A stretch of DNA of 43,190 bases from Octopus bimaculoides. Lineage: Eukaryota. Location of the stretch: positions 18,518,799-18,561,988 of the forward strand of contig NC_069002.1 of NCBI RefSeq assembly GCF_001194135.2. Direction: 5' to 3'. The notes under the pieces were generated by a model. It ran no database searches. It was not told the DNA's origin and saw only the letters and a list, made by a program, of their open reading frames with translations. The position numbers and the translations under genes were made by a program. Below, piece after piece: positions 1 through 12,513 of this stretch; the stretch's first letter is position 1, and every line of letters starts with the position of its first letter.

Positions 1-523
1 TATATACCAGTGTAAGCACATGAATGTGAAAGAAGGTGAGAAAAAACCGTACTCGAATACTGGAGGTAGAGTAATATACTTTATTGTTAAAGCTGCAAAG
101 ATGATAGAAAAAATATCACAAAACCTGCTGCTCAGAGTTTCACGTTCCCGTCTGTCGGGCAGTTTATGATTCAAAATGAACGCGTTAGCAAGGAAATGCA
201 TTTCATAAGAAAGTATCGACAGAGTCTAAATTCTCCAAGCTCAGAACACTGAAACTATATGTATATTATTCATAAGAAATGAAGATACGAGATTAAATAG
301 ATCCTTGTCTGTGACATTACATAATCTCTACCTAATTGATCAGATTAATGGCTATCTAGCGCAATCGACCTGCTTCTTCCTGTGTTTTTTTCTCCATTCT
401 CAACATGATTATACTTATAAACTACGGTTTACACGATAAATTACCTGCCTCTGGATACCTTCTAACAAAGACGGTGCCCACACAGGTAATCTACAGGAGC
501 CCCTCCGGATTTAATTATCCCTT

Positions 524-1400
524 NNNNNNNNNNNNNNNNNNNNNNNNNNNNNNNNNNNNNNNNNNNNNNNNNNNNNNNNNNNNNNNNNNNNNNNNNNNNN
601 NNNNNNNNNNNNNNNNNNNNNNNNNNNNNNNNNNNNNNNNNNNNNNNNNNNNNNNNNNNNNNNNNNNNNNNNNNNNNNNNNNNNNNNNNNNNNNNNNNNN
701 NNNNNNNNNNNNNNNNNNNNNNNNNNNNNNNNNNNNNNNNNNNNNNNNNNNNNNNNNNNNNNNNNNNNNNNNNNNNNNNNNNNNNNNNNNNNNNNNNNNN
801 NNNNNNNNNNNNNNNNNNNNNNNNNNNNNNNNNNNNNNNNNNNNNNNNNNNNNNNNNNNNNNNNNNNNNNNNNNNNNNNNNNNNNNNNNNNNNNNNNNNN
901 NNNNNNNNNNNNNNNNNNNNNNNNNNNNNNNNNNNNNNNNNNNNNNNNNNNNNNNNNNNNNNNNNNNNNNNNNNNNNNNNNNNNNNNNNNNNNNNNNNNN
1001 NNNNNNNNNNNNNNNNNNNNNNNNNNNNNNNNNNNNNNNNNNNNNNNNNNNNNNNNNNNNNNNNNNNNNNNNNNNNNNNNNNNNNNNNNNNNNNNNNNNN
1101 NNNNNNNNNNNNNNNNNNNNNNNNNNNNNNNNNNNNNNNNNNNNNNNNNNNNNNNNNNNNNNNNNNNNNNNNNNNNNNNNNNNNNNNNNNNNNNNNNNNN
1201 NNNNNNNNNNNNNNNNNNNNNNNNNNNNNNNNNNNNNNNNNNNNNNNNNNNNNNNNNNNNNNNNNNNNNNNNNNNNNNNNNNNNNNNNNNNNNNNNNNNN
1301 NNNNNNNNNNNNNNNNNNNNNNNNNNNNNNNNNNNNNNNNNNNNNNNNNNNNNNNNNNNNNNNNNNNNNNNNNNNNNNNNNNNNNNNNNNNNNNNNNNNN
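524..1400. other. Assembly gap (N run)
   Basis: 877 consecutive N. Smaller gaps lie at 5166-5198, 9430-9582, 16330-16442, 23771-23780 and 30162-30320. Confidence 1.
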
Positions 1401-1410
1401 NATATATATT

Positions 1411-1458
1411 AATGTATCTAAAAGACACTTTCAGGCTCTGTTTATACGTTATACATTT
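1411..1458 (+). repeat. 48-bp direct repeat, copy 1 (copy 2 at 2903-2950)
   Basis: aatgtatctaaaagacactttcaggctctgtttatacgttatacattt is identical at both positions. Confidence 0.95.
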
Positions 1459-2902
1459 ATATTACTATTATTATTATTATTGTTTTTGTTGTTGTCTTTG
1501 TTACTATTATTTAAAACAGTTTGATTCAGCTCCTGTTCAGTTACTTGCACGCACACAGACACAGACGCAGAGGGAGAGAGAGGGGGTGAGAAAGAGAGAG
1601 AAAGAGGGAGATACAGAGAGAGAGAAAGAGGGAGATACAGAGAGAGAGAAAGATACATGTAAGTATATATAAACACACATACACACACCACACACTCACA
1701 CCCATGTATAATGACAAAAGACCGTACTTTTAGTCCCAATTCAGTCAAATGTTTACAATAAACTATCTTATTGCTTCATTATTTTCAAATAATTTACTTC
1801 AAAATGAAATTCATCATTGTAGACAACACATTTTCTGTACCATAGGAAGGGAGATAATCTAAACCATACGGGCTCATCTACTCTTGTCAGCTGATATTAA
1901 ATGTTTGTATAAAAACCAAGGTAAACTTAGCCTAAATCTATTATTTCAGTAAATTTCCACTTACCCTAAATTCACTATTTTTCAGTAAATTTCCACCGGA
2001 AATAGTTTACGAAGAATAGATAAAATGAGAGACAGCTGGATATTCACAGTTAATGCACGAGTATCTTAAATAAAACATTGCACCAGTTGAACAGGTTTGT
2101 ACTAAAGATTTGAAAGTCCGCCATCGTTGTTATTTTTATATTCGATCATCTTTCACTCTTTTCACACTTTATATTTATTTAACAATGGTACATGAAACAA
2201 AATAGGTGGGCATCTGTGTAATCTTAGTGCATATCTATCTATCTATACATACATAAGCATATAAACATACATGTGTGTGTGTGCGTGTGTGTGCTGTAGG
2301 CGCGCAGTCTTGTGTTAGGCTGTTGCACTCATGATCACAAGCAGAGATTTCTATTCCCAAATCAGCAGAGCGTTGTGTTCGTGAACAGAACAAAACACTT
2401 CAGTTTACGTTCCTCCAGTCCACTCAAATGGAATAGTCTTCCGATGGAATAGTCTTTTGACGGAATAATCTTCTGATAAGCTGCATATATATATATATAT
2501 TAGTGAACTTTTTTGCTGCGTCAATATAATCTGTGAGAAATTATATTTGTTCAGTCGAATGAATGGATGTCCGACGTAATGTTTGTGTGCGCGTGTGTGT
2601 GCGTGCGTGTGTGAGTGCGTCCGTAGTTCCTGTGTGTGTGTGTTTGCTTGTGTATGTGCATGTGTGTGCAGGATTACCCACAAGCACAAACAAACACACA
2701 CGAATATATACCCCCGTTTGTATATGTGCATGTATAAATGTATATGAGATAACTCATTACATCTACAGTAAATTTATATGAATTGTATTTATACACAAAC
2801 ATATATACGAGCAAGCATACATATGCTTATATATGCATGCATTCACACACACACACATACACACAGACACACACACACACATACACACACACACACGCAC
2901 GC

Positions 2903-2950
2903 AATGTATCTAAAAGACACTTTCAGGCTCTGTTTATACGTTATACATTT
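2903..2950 (+). repeat. 48-bp direct repeat, copy 2
   Basis: Identical to 1411-1458. Confidence 0.95.
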
Positions 2951-3169
2951 TAAAAACAAGGACTATAAGAAAGTAAGAATAAACATGGAAGAAACGAGAA
3001 GAGGGTTGGTGCAAAAAATGGAACTAGAACAATGAAACGAAATCCAGAAATTTAAAGCCCACTTCATCCCCGATTGCAGAAAACTCATTAAATACAGCTG
3101 GTTTAGAGCAAAACAACAGAAAATATCTCAAAGTTTGCGAGACAGCAACTGAATCTTGAGGCACTGGTG

Positions 3170-4085
3170 CCTTCCAATTCGATAAAAGAAACCTGTCCAT
3201 GTGTCTAGACCTGCCAGAATTTTCAGATCTGGAATTAAGCAGTGTGTAGGAATTGCTTGATCTAGGAATTGCTTGATCTAAGAAGAATATAAGATTTTGC
3301 TGCTATGCATGTTGCATTTCCTAGATCCATTAACATATGACTTGGATACTCCAACTATTCTCCACTTAATTGTATGTGGTGTGGAGTTGCTCTTCAAATT
3401 TCATACGTAGCTAGCCAACTGAGTTGCATTACTTTTATCGATGTCCCGGAAAGAAGATAGGTGGTTCGCATAGCATCTCTTGAATTCGCTCGCACATAAC
3501 TCAATGTAATTCTTCTTTCCAATTGGCTTTTCTTGGAATGTAGCTGTATCTTCAGCTTCGTTTATCATACATGCCTGGTCAAGTGGCCAAGCTTCATTGT
3601 CTTGACAGTTATAACTGGAAGTGGTCACTTGGTGATTTTTGCGTGTTATGTTCTCCATATTGGGGAAGTTACTGTATAATATTTTTATGGAGCATCTGTT
3701 AAAAATTTTCCTGTATTTATGATTTGTTGGAAAATTTTTATCTAAAAGCAACAGGAATTTCTTGCCTACATTTGTCTCAACATATAAGGAGAAAGAAGGG
3801 TGAACCAAATTATTTTCCTAGATCTATTTTTGGTCTATTTTTACGATTCATATTTTTACTTAAAACGTTGTAATATATTTTAGCTTTGAATCCGCTGCTA
3901 AATAGGGTGTTGTTATATTGGGGAACTGGCTTATCATATATTTGTTTAGGAAAGAAGATAGATTTGATATCCTGCTACTAATGTTAGCTATCGATTTTTA
4001 AAGACTGTAGGGGTGACAGAACAGTTTATGTATGCATGAGATCTTCTCGTTAGAATTATGATACGGCTTATAAGATTCCAAGCCG
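3170..4085 (-). mobile_element. Decayed Penelope-like retroelement (PLE): RT thumb region plus GIY-YIG endonuclease, 3' portion
   Basis: Minus-strand translation across frameshifts gives YKPYHNSNEKISCIHK, PSFSLYVETNVGKKFLLLLDKNFPTNHKYRKIFNRCSIKILYS, WPLDQACM, KNYIELCASEFKRCYANHLSSFR, KWRIVGVSKSYVNGSRKCN and LLNSRSE...RHMDRFLLSN. These match typical PLE motifs (NPPFS..V.TNIG..FL, YIG.T...FK.R..NH..SF). Confidence 0.85.
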
Positions 4086-4149
4086 AAGCAACGAACTATC
4101 ATTTACAGAGAAGTAGTGCAGACTCTCCCATACACGGACGACAACAGGT

Positions 4150-5020
4150 TGTTTATAAAGATAGCATCAAAGACAACATTTCTTAGCACAGATGGGAGAA
4201 GAATTTTAAAGAAATGGAAACTAGTATTGAAATTAAACCGTGCAGTTGGCGATAACCAATTACGATAACTGACATGAGACACCGTTGAGTGGACGAAATG
4301 ATTCGTGCAAAGAGACAAGTCAAAAACTCCGAGCTTGCTGTAAAACTGGATGATGGTTATAATGCATCGCAGAAGATGATGCAATATTTGGGCAACGAAA
4401 TTATGTACAGTTTGACACCCGATCTAAATGAAGTGTCAAGTAAAGGAAGGTATTTTTCTGATCCCGTGACAGGAGATGAAACGTGACTGTATCATGTGAA
4501 CCGGAAACAAAATCACAGCCGTTAGAATGTCACCATACTTTTTCTCCAAGACCTGAGGAATTTATGAGCCAGAGAGCGGCAAAGAGATTCATCGTGATTT
4601 CTTTGGAGGATGACAAACGTGTCATTCTCTTTCTTTTTCATGAATATGACTGCACCGTTAACACTGATACAATGAGACACCCAAAATGTTTGGCGTAGCC
4701 ATTGAGGAGGCAAAAACTGATCATAAATCTGAAAATGGTGCGCATTCACAATAGCAGCGCTTGATTACACACATCTTTGGGAAGGAATCAAACATTCACT
4801 GAAATGAGCTGCTCATTTGTCCATCATTCACTTTACAACGTAAATCTAATACCGTCCTCCGCTATCGACTTCTTAACCCCAGTGAAGGACAATGTACAGA
4901 GTCAACGTCCTGATGAAAGTAGCTGCAATGAATTGCAGAAAGGAAATTTTTCGAAGAGGGTTCGTAAGATGGATTTGCCGATGCTTCGAACGCATCGATA
5001 GTGGTGGAGATAATGGTGTG
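4150..5020 (+). mobile_element. Decayed mariner (DD34D-type) transposase relic
   Basis: Translation gives FKEMETSIEIKP, VDEMIRAKRQVKNSELAVKLD, VTGDET*LYH (first catalytic D motif TGDETW), EPETKSQPLECHHTFSPRP, HHSLYNVNLIP (degenerate HPPYSPDLAP) and IDSGGD (C-terminus). Many stops and frameshifts. Confidence 0.85.
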
Positions 5021-5498
5021 TAATACATTTTCAGAGATGAAGAGTTACTTTACCAAAACAAGCAATGGGAAACCCTCTCTCTTCTTTTTCATTGCTTTCT
5101 GTACAACACCCGTGTGGGTGTGTGTGCGCGTGTGTGAATGTGTGTGTGTGTGTGTGTGTGTGTGTNNNNNNNNNNNNNNNNNNNNNNNNNNNNNNNNNAT
5201 GTGTGTGTGTGTGTGTGAATGTGTGTGTGTGAATGATTGTGTGTGTGTGTGTGTGTGTATGTGTTTGAAGTGAGATGGGGATATAGTTGGGATTCAAAAG
5301 CACTTTTTCATACTGAACCATGAATAGGAATATTCTTATGTATATATTTATCTGTTCACTTAATCTCCGTGAAAAACTGCCACATACAACAGGCAATATC
5401 AACATAGATTTAAATTTTAGTCATAACACGCTGTATATTTTTAACATAAATCTTGAATAATTTACGAATCTAAGCACCACTCAATAAATTGTGCTTAC

Positions 5499-5777
5499 AG
5501 TTTCTCTTTGAAGATTTTATTACCGAGAAGGTTGTGAGCAGCATCCATAGCCTCCTCATTGTTTCTGAGACCTGTAACTTTGATGTTGATGTTTCAGTTA
5601 AATTGTTGCAAGTAGTTGATAGCAAGAGAGTTTTCTTGTGGTCTGAAGTTCTGATGCGGACGGACTGTACGTATTGTTTAGTGCAGGTCTGGTGGGTAAA
5701 GTTGCTATGAATGAGGAACGGAGGTGACAGAAATGGGCAGAGAGTGTCAGAGGGAGGTGGTATGAGACTACCCAGAT
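5499..5777 (-). other. Candidate spliced exon, product unknown
   Basis: Minus-strand donor ACT|GTAAGC at 5499/5498. Two possible acceptors: ctacacttcag|A at 5777 (279-nt open symmetric phase-1 exon) or ttacag|G at 5571 (73 nt, GLRNNEEAMDAAHNLLGNKIFKEK). No family recognised; could be an old retroelement ORF1 fragment. Confidence 0.3.
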
Positions 5778-6428
5778 CTGAAGTGTAGAAACCTTCTATC
5801 TGCCGCATATCCACATCACATTGTCTTGGTTCATAGAGTGAAAAGTGTCAACGTTTTTCGTACGATCTAGCCCTGCGCTGAGGTTTGATACAGTTTACTT
5901 TCAGCTCAAATACCTATATATCAATATATGTAGGGAAGGAAAACAACAGATGGGAGTAATTGCTAGAGTTCTGACATTTTTTGAGAGGCAAAGTAGTTAG
6001 TGCTAGACCTTAGAGTGAAACACAAACCTGAGTTTTTGTGATATGCAGCTATATATTTCACAACAGTAATAGTAGCGACTTAATGAGTGTCGTCCAGGTA
6101 AATTATACTTCACAGATTTAATTTACCCGTGTTAGTTGCAAAAAATTAACACGTAAATATGGTACTATGTGTGTGTCAGTACGTGCGTGCGTGTGTGTGG
6201 ATGGGCCTGTTTTTTAAACGATGAACAAGTTTTATTTTGGGTCACATAAGTAACATTGTCAATTTAGTTTTCTACGCGGACAATAATCTTATATATTGAC
6301 AAAACATATCATAGTACGAATCACTGAATGTCTTCAAACAAATATAAGGTATTCGTAAGGCAGTAAACAATTTCAAAGTCATTGCATTGAAATGCTTATA
6401 ATAATCCTTTTAAAGATTATTTTAAGTA

Positions 6429-6779
6429 CGAGGGGAAGTCAAAAATTATCTGCACTTTCGCCATAAGATATTTTTTACTGTCACACTGCCTTCTACGCAT
6501 GCGTGCTTGTAGTTGGTACTATTGTGCTCACGTTAGCGAAGTTTCAACCTGAACGCGTCATTTTTCTTTCAGGCTTTACAGTGTGAGCATGGCTGCTCCA
6601 CTAGCAATGTGCACCAAAGAAGAATAAAGAGCAGTGACCCAAGCGATGGTAATGGTGAACCGGTTCACCATGGCCATCTCTTGAGTTTATTGAAACTTTT
6701 CGTCAGTGAAGGAGGTATTGTCACAGTAATAAAGATATGTTATGGCGAAAGTGCGGATATGTTTTGACTTCCCCTCTCA
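6429..6779 (+). mobile_element. Mariner-derived non-autonomous element (MITE-like deletion derivative)
   Basis: About 38-bp TIRs: (TA)CGAGGGGAAGTCAAAAATTATCTGCACTTTCGCCATAA and TTATGGCGAAAGTGCGGATATGTTTTGACTTCCCCTC. An internal transposase start remnant reads MAAPLAMCTKEE*RAV. Confidence 0.9.
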
Positions 6780-6822
6780 TATGTATTATATTATTTTTAG
6801 GCGCAAGGCCTAAAGATACATA

Positions 6823-6842
6823 TAATAATAATAATAATAATG

Positions 6843-6890
<48 letters not shown>
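6823..6890 (+). repeat. (AAT)n microsatellite
   Basis: Direct inspection. Confidence 0.98.
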
Positions 6891-6914
6891 TATGTATGTA
6901 TACGTAATTTACAG

Positions 6915-7300
6915 GTCCATCCGATCCTTCCCTCCCAACTCCCATCCATCCTGGATCCTTCCCTTGCTCCAGATCCTGTTGGCACACCCATCAATTCATT
7001 ACCAATACCACCTCACTCACTGGAACCAACCAACACACTTTTCACATCTTTTATCTCTTCTAACATCATCTATTGACTCTTCATATGTTTCTCAGTCTGG
7101 TTGTCGTCCAGCCGACACATTTACAGAACATCTTCAGAATATCCGCCATCGCCTCTCATTCTTGCTCTCCCAACCCCTCCACCGAACACATCACAGGCTT
7201 CGGCTTCGTTTGTATTGTGGAACCATTACTACTGTACTTAATCAAGAACAATACTACATTCTCACACTACGATCTCATACCCCGCACTATTCTTCTTGTA
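6915..7300 (+). mobile_element. Decayed PLE GIY-YIG endonuclease C-terminus (second PLE lineage)
   Basis: Translation gives FTSFISSNIIY, YVSQSGCRPADTFTEHLQNIR (cf. YIGQTGRRLADRF.EHL.DIR) and EQYYILTLRSHTP (cf. EQ.LIF.LGT..P.GLN). Confidence 0.75.
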
Positions 7301-7570
7301 ATATTTTCCGTCTTCATTTCCCATTATATACATTTTAATTAAAAGAGTATTAAATAAATTAAATATTTTTAATTTAATTGAATTCATGTTTTAAAGTAAT
7401 ATTTTTCAATTTTAATTTTTTGATTTTTTAGATAAACTTTTTTGAAAGTTAAAATTTATTCATTCAATGTAATTTTCTTTTTCTTAATTAAAATTTTTAT
7501 TTTTGAATTTATTTCACACACTTCCACACACCCATATACATGACTTACACCCTCACTTACTACATACATT

Positions 7571-8121
7571 CAGGGGTTGGACAAAATAATGGAAGCATCT
7601 AGCACCATAGCATCATAATTTTGAAATATCTATAAAACCGTCAAAAGATTGTTTATTTTTATGTCTTTTGATTTAATATTAGTGTTGCTTAATATATTTT
7701 GTTAAAATTGTTGTTTTTTTTCAGATATCATCAGAAAGAGGTAATTAAAATTCATTAAAGTGACAGATCTATCGGACTTTCAAAGAAATCAAATTGTTGG
7801 TGTTCAAATAGCAGGCGCTAGCGTAACAAAAACAGCCGAAATGTTTGGTGCATCAAGAACTACTGTCTCGAAAGTAATGACAGCCTTTGAGAAAGAGGGA
7901 AAAACTTCCTCGTCGAAACTAAACTCCGGAAGAAAACCAAGAACTGGAGACTGTTTTACCCGAAGAATGAACAAAAATTCCTTTGGAAACAATTCAAACT
8001 TTGTAAGAGTCCTTACCTTGTAGAATTGGAGCTGTAATTACTACCAAAGGCGGTCCTACCCCATATTAGAATAAATTTGTTATAAATTTGAAGGTGTTTC
8101 CATTATTTTGTCCAACCCCTG
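7571..8121 (+). mobile_element. Tc1-family internal deletion derivative with intact TIRs
   Basis: Both TIRs share the identical 24-mer CAGGGGTTGGACAAAATAATGGAA, with TA after the right TIR. The N-terminal paired-like HTH (DLSDFQRNQIVG...VSKVMTAFEKEGKTSS...SGRKPR) is fused directly to the C-terminus (IPLETIQTL*ESLPCRIGAVITTKGGPTPY*). The catalytic DDE domain is missing. Confidence 0.93.
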
Positions 8122-8179
8122 TATCTACTCACACACACACGTTTCTATATCCTAGCATGTGCAGAAAACATTTCACCCA

Positions 8180-8400
8180 CACCGACACAAGTACACATAC
8201 ACACCGACACACACACACACCGGCACACATACACCGACATACACACACTGACACACACACACCAACACACACACACCGACACACACACCGACACACACAC
8301 CGAAACACACACATCGACACACAATACAAATGCACATAAGCAAACGCATACATACACATATACACGTATACTCGTATACACGCACTCGCACCAAATGCTT
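8180..8400 (+). repeat. Complex (CA)n-derived repeat with recurring CACACACCGA units
   Basis: Direct inspection. Confidence 0.85.
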
Positions 8401-8420
8401 AATCGTATGCATGTATATAA

Positions 8421-8735
8421 GATGCCGTGACTACATGGTAAGCAGTTTGCTTCCCAACCACATGTTCTCGGCATAGTCACAGTGCGTGGCATCTTGGGCC
8501 AGTGCCTTTTACTGTGGCCATAGTCCGACCACAACCTTGTAGTGGAAGCTTGGTATATGTGTGTGTGTGTGTGTTACTTCGTGTCTGTGTTCTCCTCATC
8601 TGTTCACAACCAATGGTGGTTTGTTTACATCCTCTTATGATCTGTAGTCTTTAAAGTAGAAGTACTAATGCGTCGATTCGTCCAACTAAAATTCTCCATG
8701 ACAACAGTTCAATGGCTGAAACAATGAAAGGATAA
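8421..8735 (+). mobile_element. tRNA-derived SINE, family A (CORE-like, octopus OR/OK type), degenerate
   Basis: catggtaagcagtttgcttcccaaccacatg...gtgcgtggcatcttgggccagtg...ccttgtagtgg..., followed by an internal (TG)n and the tail gactgaaacaa-like motif. Homologous to 23876-24035. Confidence 0.75.
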
Positions 8736-9124
8736 ATGCTAGACATACGAATACATACACACGCATTCACACATCTGTATATAAATATAAATATATATGA
8801 ATATACACATATACATACACAAATAAAAACACATACATGGAAGTACACGTATGCACATATACATATATACATGCATATATCCATACATACGTGGATATAT
8901 GTATATGTGTGTGTGTGTCTGTGTGTGTTATATGATGCATGTATACACACACACTGTATTTTATGAGTAATACATACTCTTTGGATTAAATTTTTACACG
9001 ATAGGCCACTGGAAGTGGAAATTTCTATTAATTTCCATTTCCCTTCGATATGATTAATATTATAAGTTTTTGGATAATTTTCGAATTTTAAAAGTTGGCA
9101 TTTTTTTTACTGCCGACGAGGAGC

Positions 9125-9136
9125 TGCGCCTGCGCA
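9125..9136. promoter_or_regulatory. NRF1/EWG/P3A2-type binding motif TGCGCCTGCGCA
   Basis: Close match to the YGCGCAYGCGCR-class palindrome in a short CpG-containing patch. A palindromic ACCAATTGGT lies at about 9276-9285. Function is not demonstrated. Confidence 0.3.
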
Positions 9137-11174
9137 GTGGATTTGAAAAAAATTGGATGTATAAACAAGAGGCATATAATTGATTGCCTCGTGTTTATAT
9201 ATTTAATCTGAGGTGTACCTGTTTATGACGATTTCACCTAGCAAATTCTTTTATTTGCTAAACAAAAATCAGAAACCAATTGGTCCAGGAAACTAGATGG
9301 TAAAAAGTTTTACTATTTCCTTTCGCTCCTTTCGGGATTTTATCCTTAATTTTGTGGTTTTGGAACCTAGCTGTTCTTTCTAGCGTGAGAAATCCCATGA
9401 GTGGATTCCTCTTATGTGTTTAAATGTACNNNNNNNNNNNNNNNNNNNNNNNNNNNNNNNNNNNNNNNNNNNNNNNNNNNNNNNNNNNNNNNNNNNNNNN
9501 NNNNNNNNNNNNNNNNNNNNNNNNNNNNNNNNNNNNNNNNNNNNNNNNNNNNNNNNNNNNNNNNNNNNNNNNNNNNNNNNNNTGTGTTCTTCTGTGCTAA
9601 TGTTTATGGCTGTTTGCTTTAACCATTCTTCGTACTTTCCATTTCTGAAAATTCAGTTGTCTCTATAGAGATTTCATTCTCTTCGGTTCGGTATAGGAGA
9701 AATAATTAATAGTTTAAAGAAAACAGAGAATATTCACTTTTTTAATCAAGAAGAATTTAATATAACTGAACAATGATTAAGAAAGTAAATATTCTTTGTG
9801 TATTCTCTGTCTTGTTTAAACTGTATGCATATATATACATGCACACATATATATGCACCATTTAAAAGTGGAAGTTGAGTTAGAACACACAAAAACTGCA
9901 ATATCTACCAAGAGAGAAAATTCTCATATGGCTAAATACTGTATTTTTATAGAGCATAGCTATCGCCAGCGGCAGACAACAAAACTTTTGCCTAATCGTT
10001 TCTCCTTAAATCTTTAGAACCCCGCGTAGCTTATATTGGAATTCAAAAAGCATTCCATATCAGCGAATAGCAAATTGTAATGTATGTGTGTGCGTGTATG
10101 TGTATGTGTATATATATATGTGTGTATGTGCGTCTATGTGTATTTATGTGTGTGCATATGTATGTGTATGCCCGGGCATGTGTGTGTGTAAATTGCTAAG
10201 TGAACGGAACTGCAAAGATTCGAGTCCAGCATCCAAAATTCATCCCCACCCAATTGATACGGATTCCTTATTGAAAATGAAGAGGACCCTAAGACAAAAT
10301 AGGCTGCAAGAGAACATTCTTTTTTAGGATCAAATTTTCTGACAGATGTTAGTGGATTTGAAGGGTTGCATCTTTCCAAAAAAGGTGGCAAAAATATTGT
10401 TCAGAAACATAATCAGGAGAAATAATTAGTTGCCGATTTGCCAGTGCCCTCTGTGGAAAACCTCAATGTTTATCATCAGTTAACGAAAGGAAAATTCCAG
10501 AAATTGGCTGATGGCGATTTTGCGAAAAATTGACAAACTGTCACGTCCCACAATGATGCAAATCGAAGCCAAAAGAGCTGAAGAAAACCGTACTTGAGAT
10601 CAGCCCAAGGTGAATGTGTTTGACAAAATGTTACAAATGGAACGATGTTGTCAAAGGCTAAATGCGTGTTTGCTGCACCATTCGATAAAAGCGTTAGACT
10701 AAAGCGTGAAACGCTTGTAGCTCTGAGATACTTGTTGAAGATACGAAAGCTGATTCCAAGAATGCGATAGATTTGACCATCGCTAAGAGCAAAAACTAGT
10801 GTCGAAATTCTTCATGCTGTCTTTTAACATTATAAATGTTATGTGTAGGTTCATGCGCCTTATTTGTTAAAATATGTTGCTAGGGCTCTGGTTGTGGCTG
10901 TCTGTGTGTATGTCTAAGTATGTATTCCAGTCACCTTTCTTATGTGTTTGTCGAACTGTATACGGCAATCTCTTCAAACTATTCATATCTCCTTTATGTG
11001 GATTTTTGGTTTTGTCGGCTTGCATGTAAATATTGGACTACATTCGTTTCTTCAAGGTTGTAAGACTTGTCAATCGTCTTACTGCCTCTGTGTATGTGTG
11101 TGTGTATATCTATAAAGAGATAAGAACATTTATAGTTGATTGCCACTATAAGACTGAAATACATGCCTACTTAC

Positions 11175-11191
11175 ACGCACACACGCACACA

Positions 11192-11257
<66 letters not shown>
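11175..11257 (+). repeat. (CA)n microsatellite
   Basis: Direct inspection. Confidence 0.98.
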
Positions 11258-11259
<2 letters not shown>

Positions 11260-11727
11260 AAATAAGTGAGTGCATGTATGAATGATCGAAGGAAGAAAAT
11301 ACAGACAATCTTAAGGACAGAATTACGAAGATTATGTAAAACCCGACAACTGAGAGAAAATGAGTCATTTCGCTGGGTTATGTAATTTTGTATCACTCTG
11401 CAGAACATCATAGCTACTCAATTATTCTTTCTTGCGAGGAGCAATTAAACATGTTTCACATTCATTTTATAAATCATATAACAGGGCGTCTTCCAAGGAC
11501 ATGGAGTGACAATTGTTAAAATTTCTGTTTATACATTAGTCTGGCTTCTGTCACGCATAATGCATCTGGACCGGAAATGATTTTGGGAAAATACACGGCA
11601 CTGTGAATCGGTAAATACGTATGCAGCAAGTAGAGACAAATTACACTTTCAACGGTTAAGTGGGAAAAAATAGGCACTCACACACAGACGCACAGACGCA
11701 CACATTCACACACACTCCCACGTGCGC

Positions 11728-12290
<563 letters not shown>

Positions 12291-12344
12291 TTTGAGGAAG
12301 AGGGGGAAGTTGATATCTCACTCAGTGTTCAGTACTTATTTAAA

Positions 12345-12466
12345 CAATCGCGAAAAGATGAAAAGCAAAGTCACCCTCGACGCAATTTGAACTCAGAACA
12401 TAAAGATGAAAGAAAAACCACTAAGTATTTTGTCCCCTCTGCTAAAGATTGTGCCAGTTCGCCGCC
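12345..12466 (-). mobile_element. tRNA-derived SINE, family B, partial
   Basis: The reverse complement starts GGCGGCGAACTGGCAC (A-box-like), has the B-box-like GAGTTCAAATTG and the central ctttgcttttcatcttttcg domain. Confidence 0.75.
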
Positions 12467-12513
12467 TTTCGTTTCCGGCATTAGGCCAGAAACTTTATAA
12501 GCGAGTAAGATAA

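Noticed and set aside
405-1428. Long ORFs spanning N runs (also at 17111-18032, 27730-28576, 30078-30413 and 38088-38981)
   Set aside because: They are open only because N codons are not stops, so they carry no coding evidence.
2428-2475. Three tandem 16-mers (atggaatagtcttccg-like)
   Set aside because: There are no spacers between units, so this is a short minisatellite, not a CRISPR array, and the context is eukaryotic.
8088-8966. HT/VC/YI/LS-repeat ORFs here and throughout the window
   Set aside because: They are translations of (CA)n, (TA)n and (CT)n microsatellites.
10260-10800. Coding-like patch (EGLHLSKKG resembling an SGNH esterase motif; possible Tc1 C-terminus; GAAACGC resembling a hammerhead remnant)
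   Set aside because: The motifs are too degenerate and mutually inconsistent to assign without a search.
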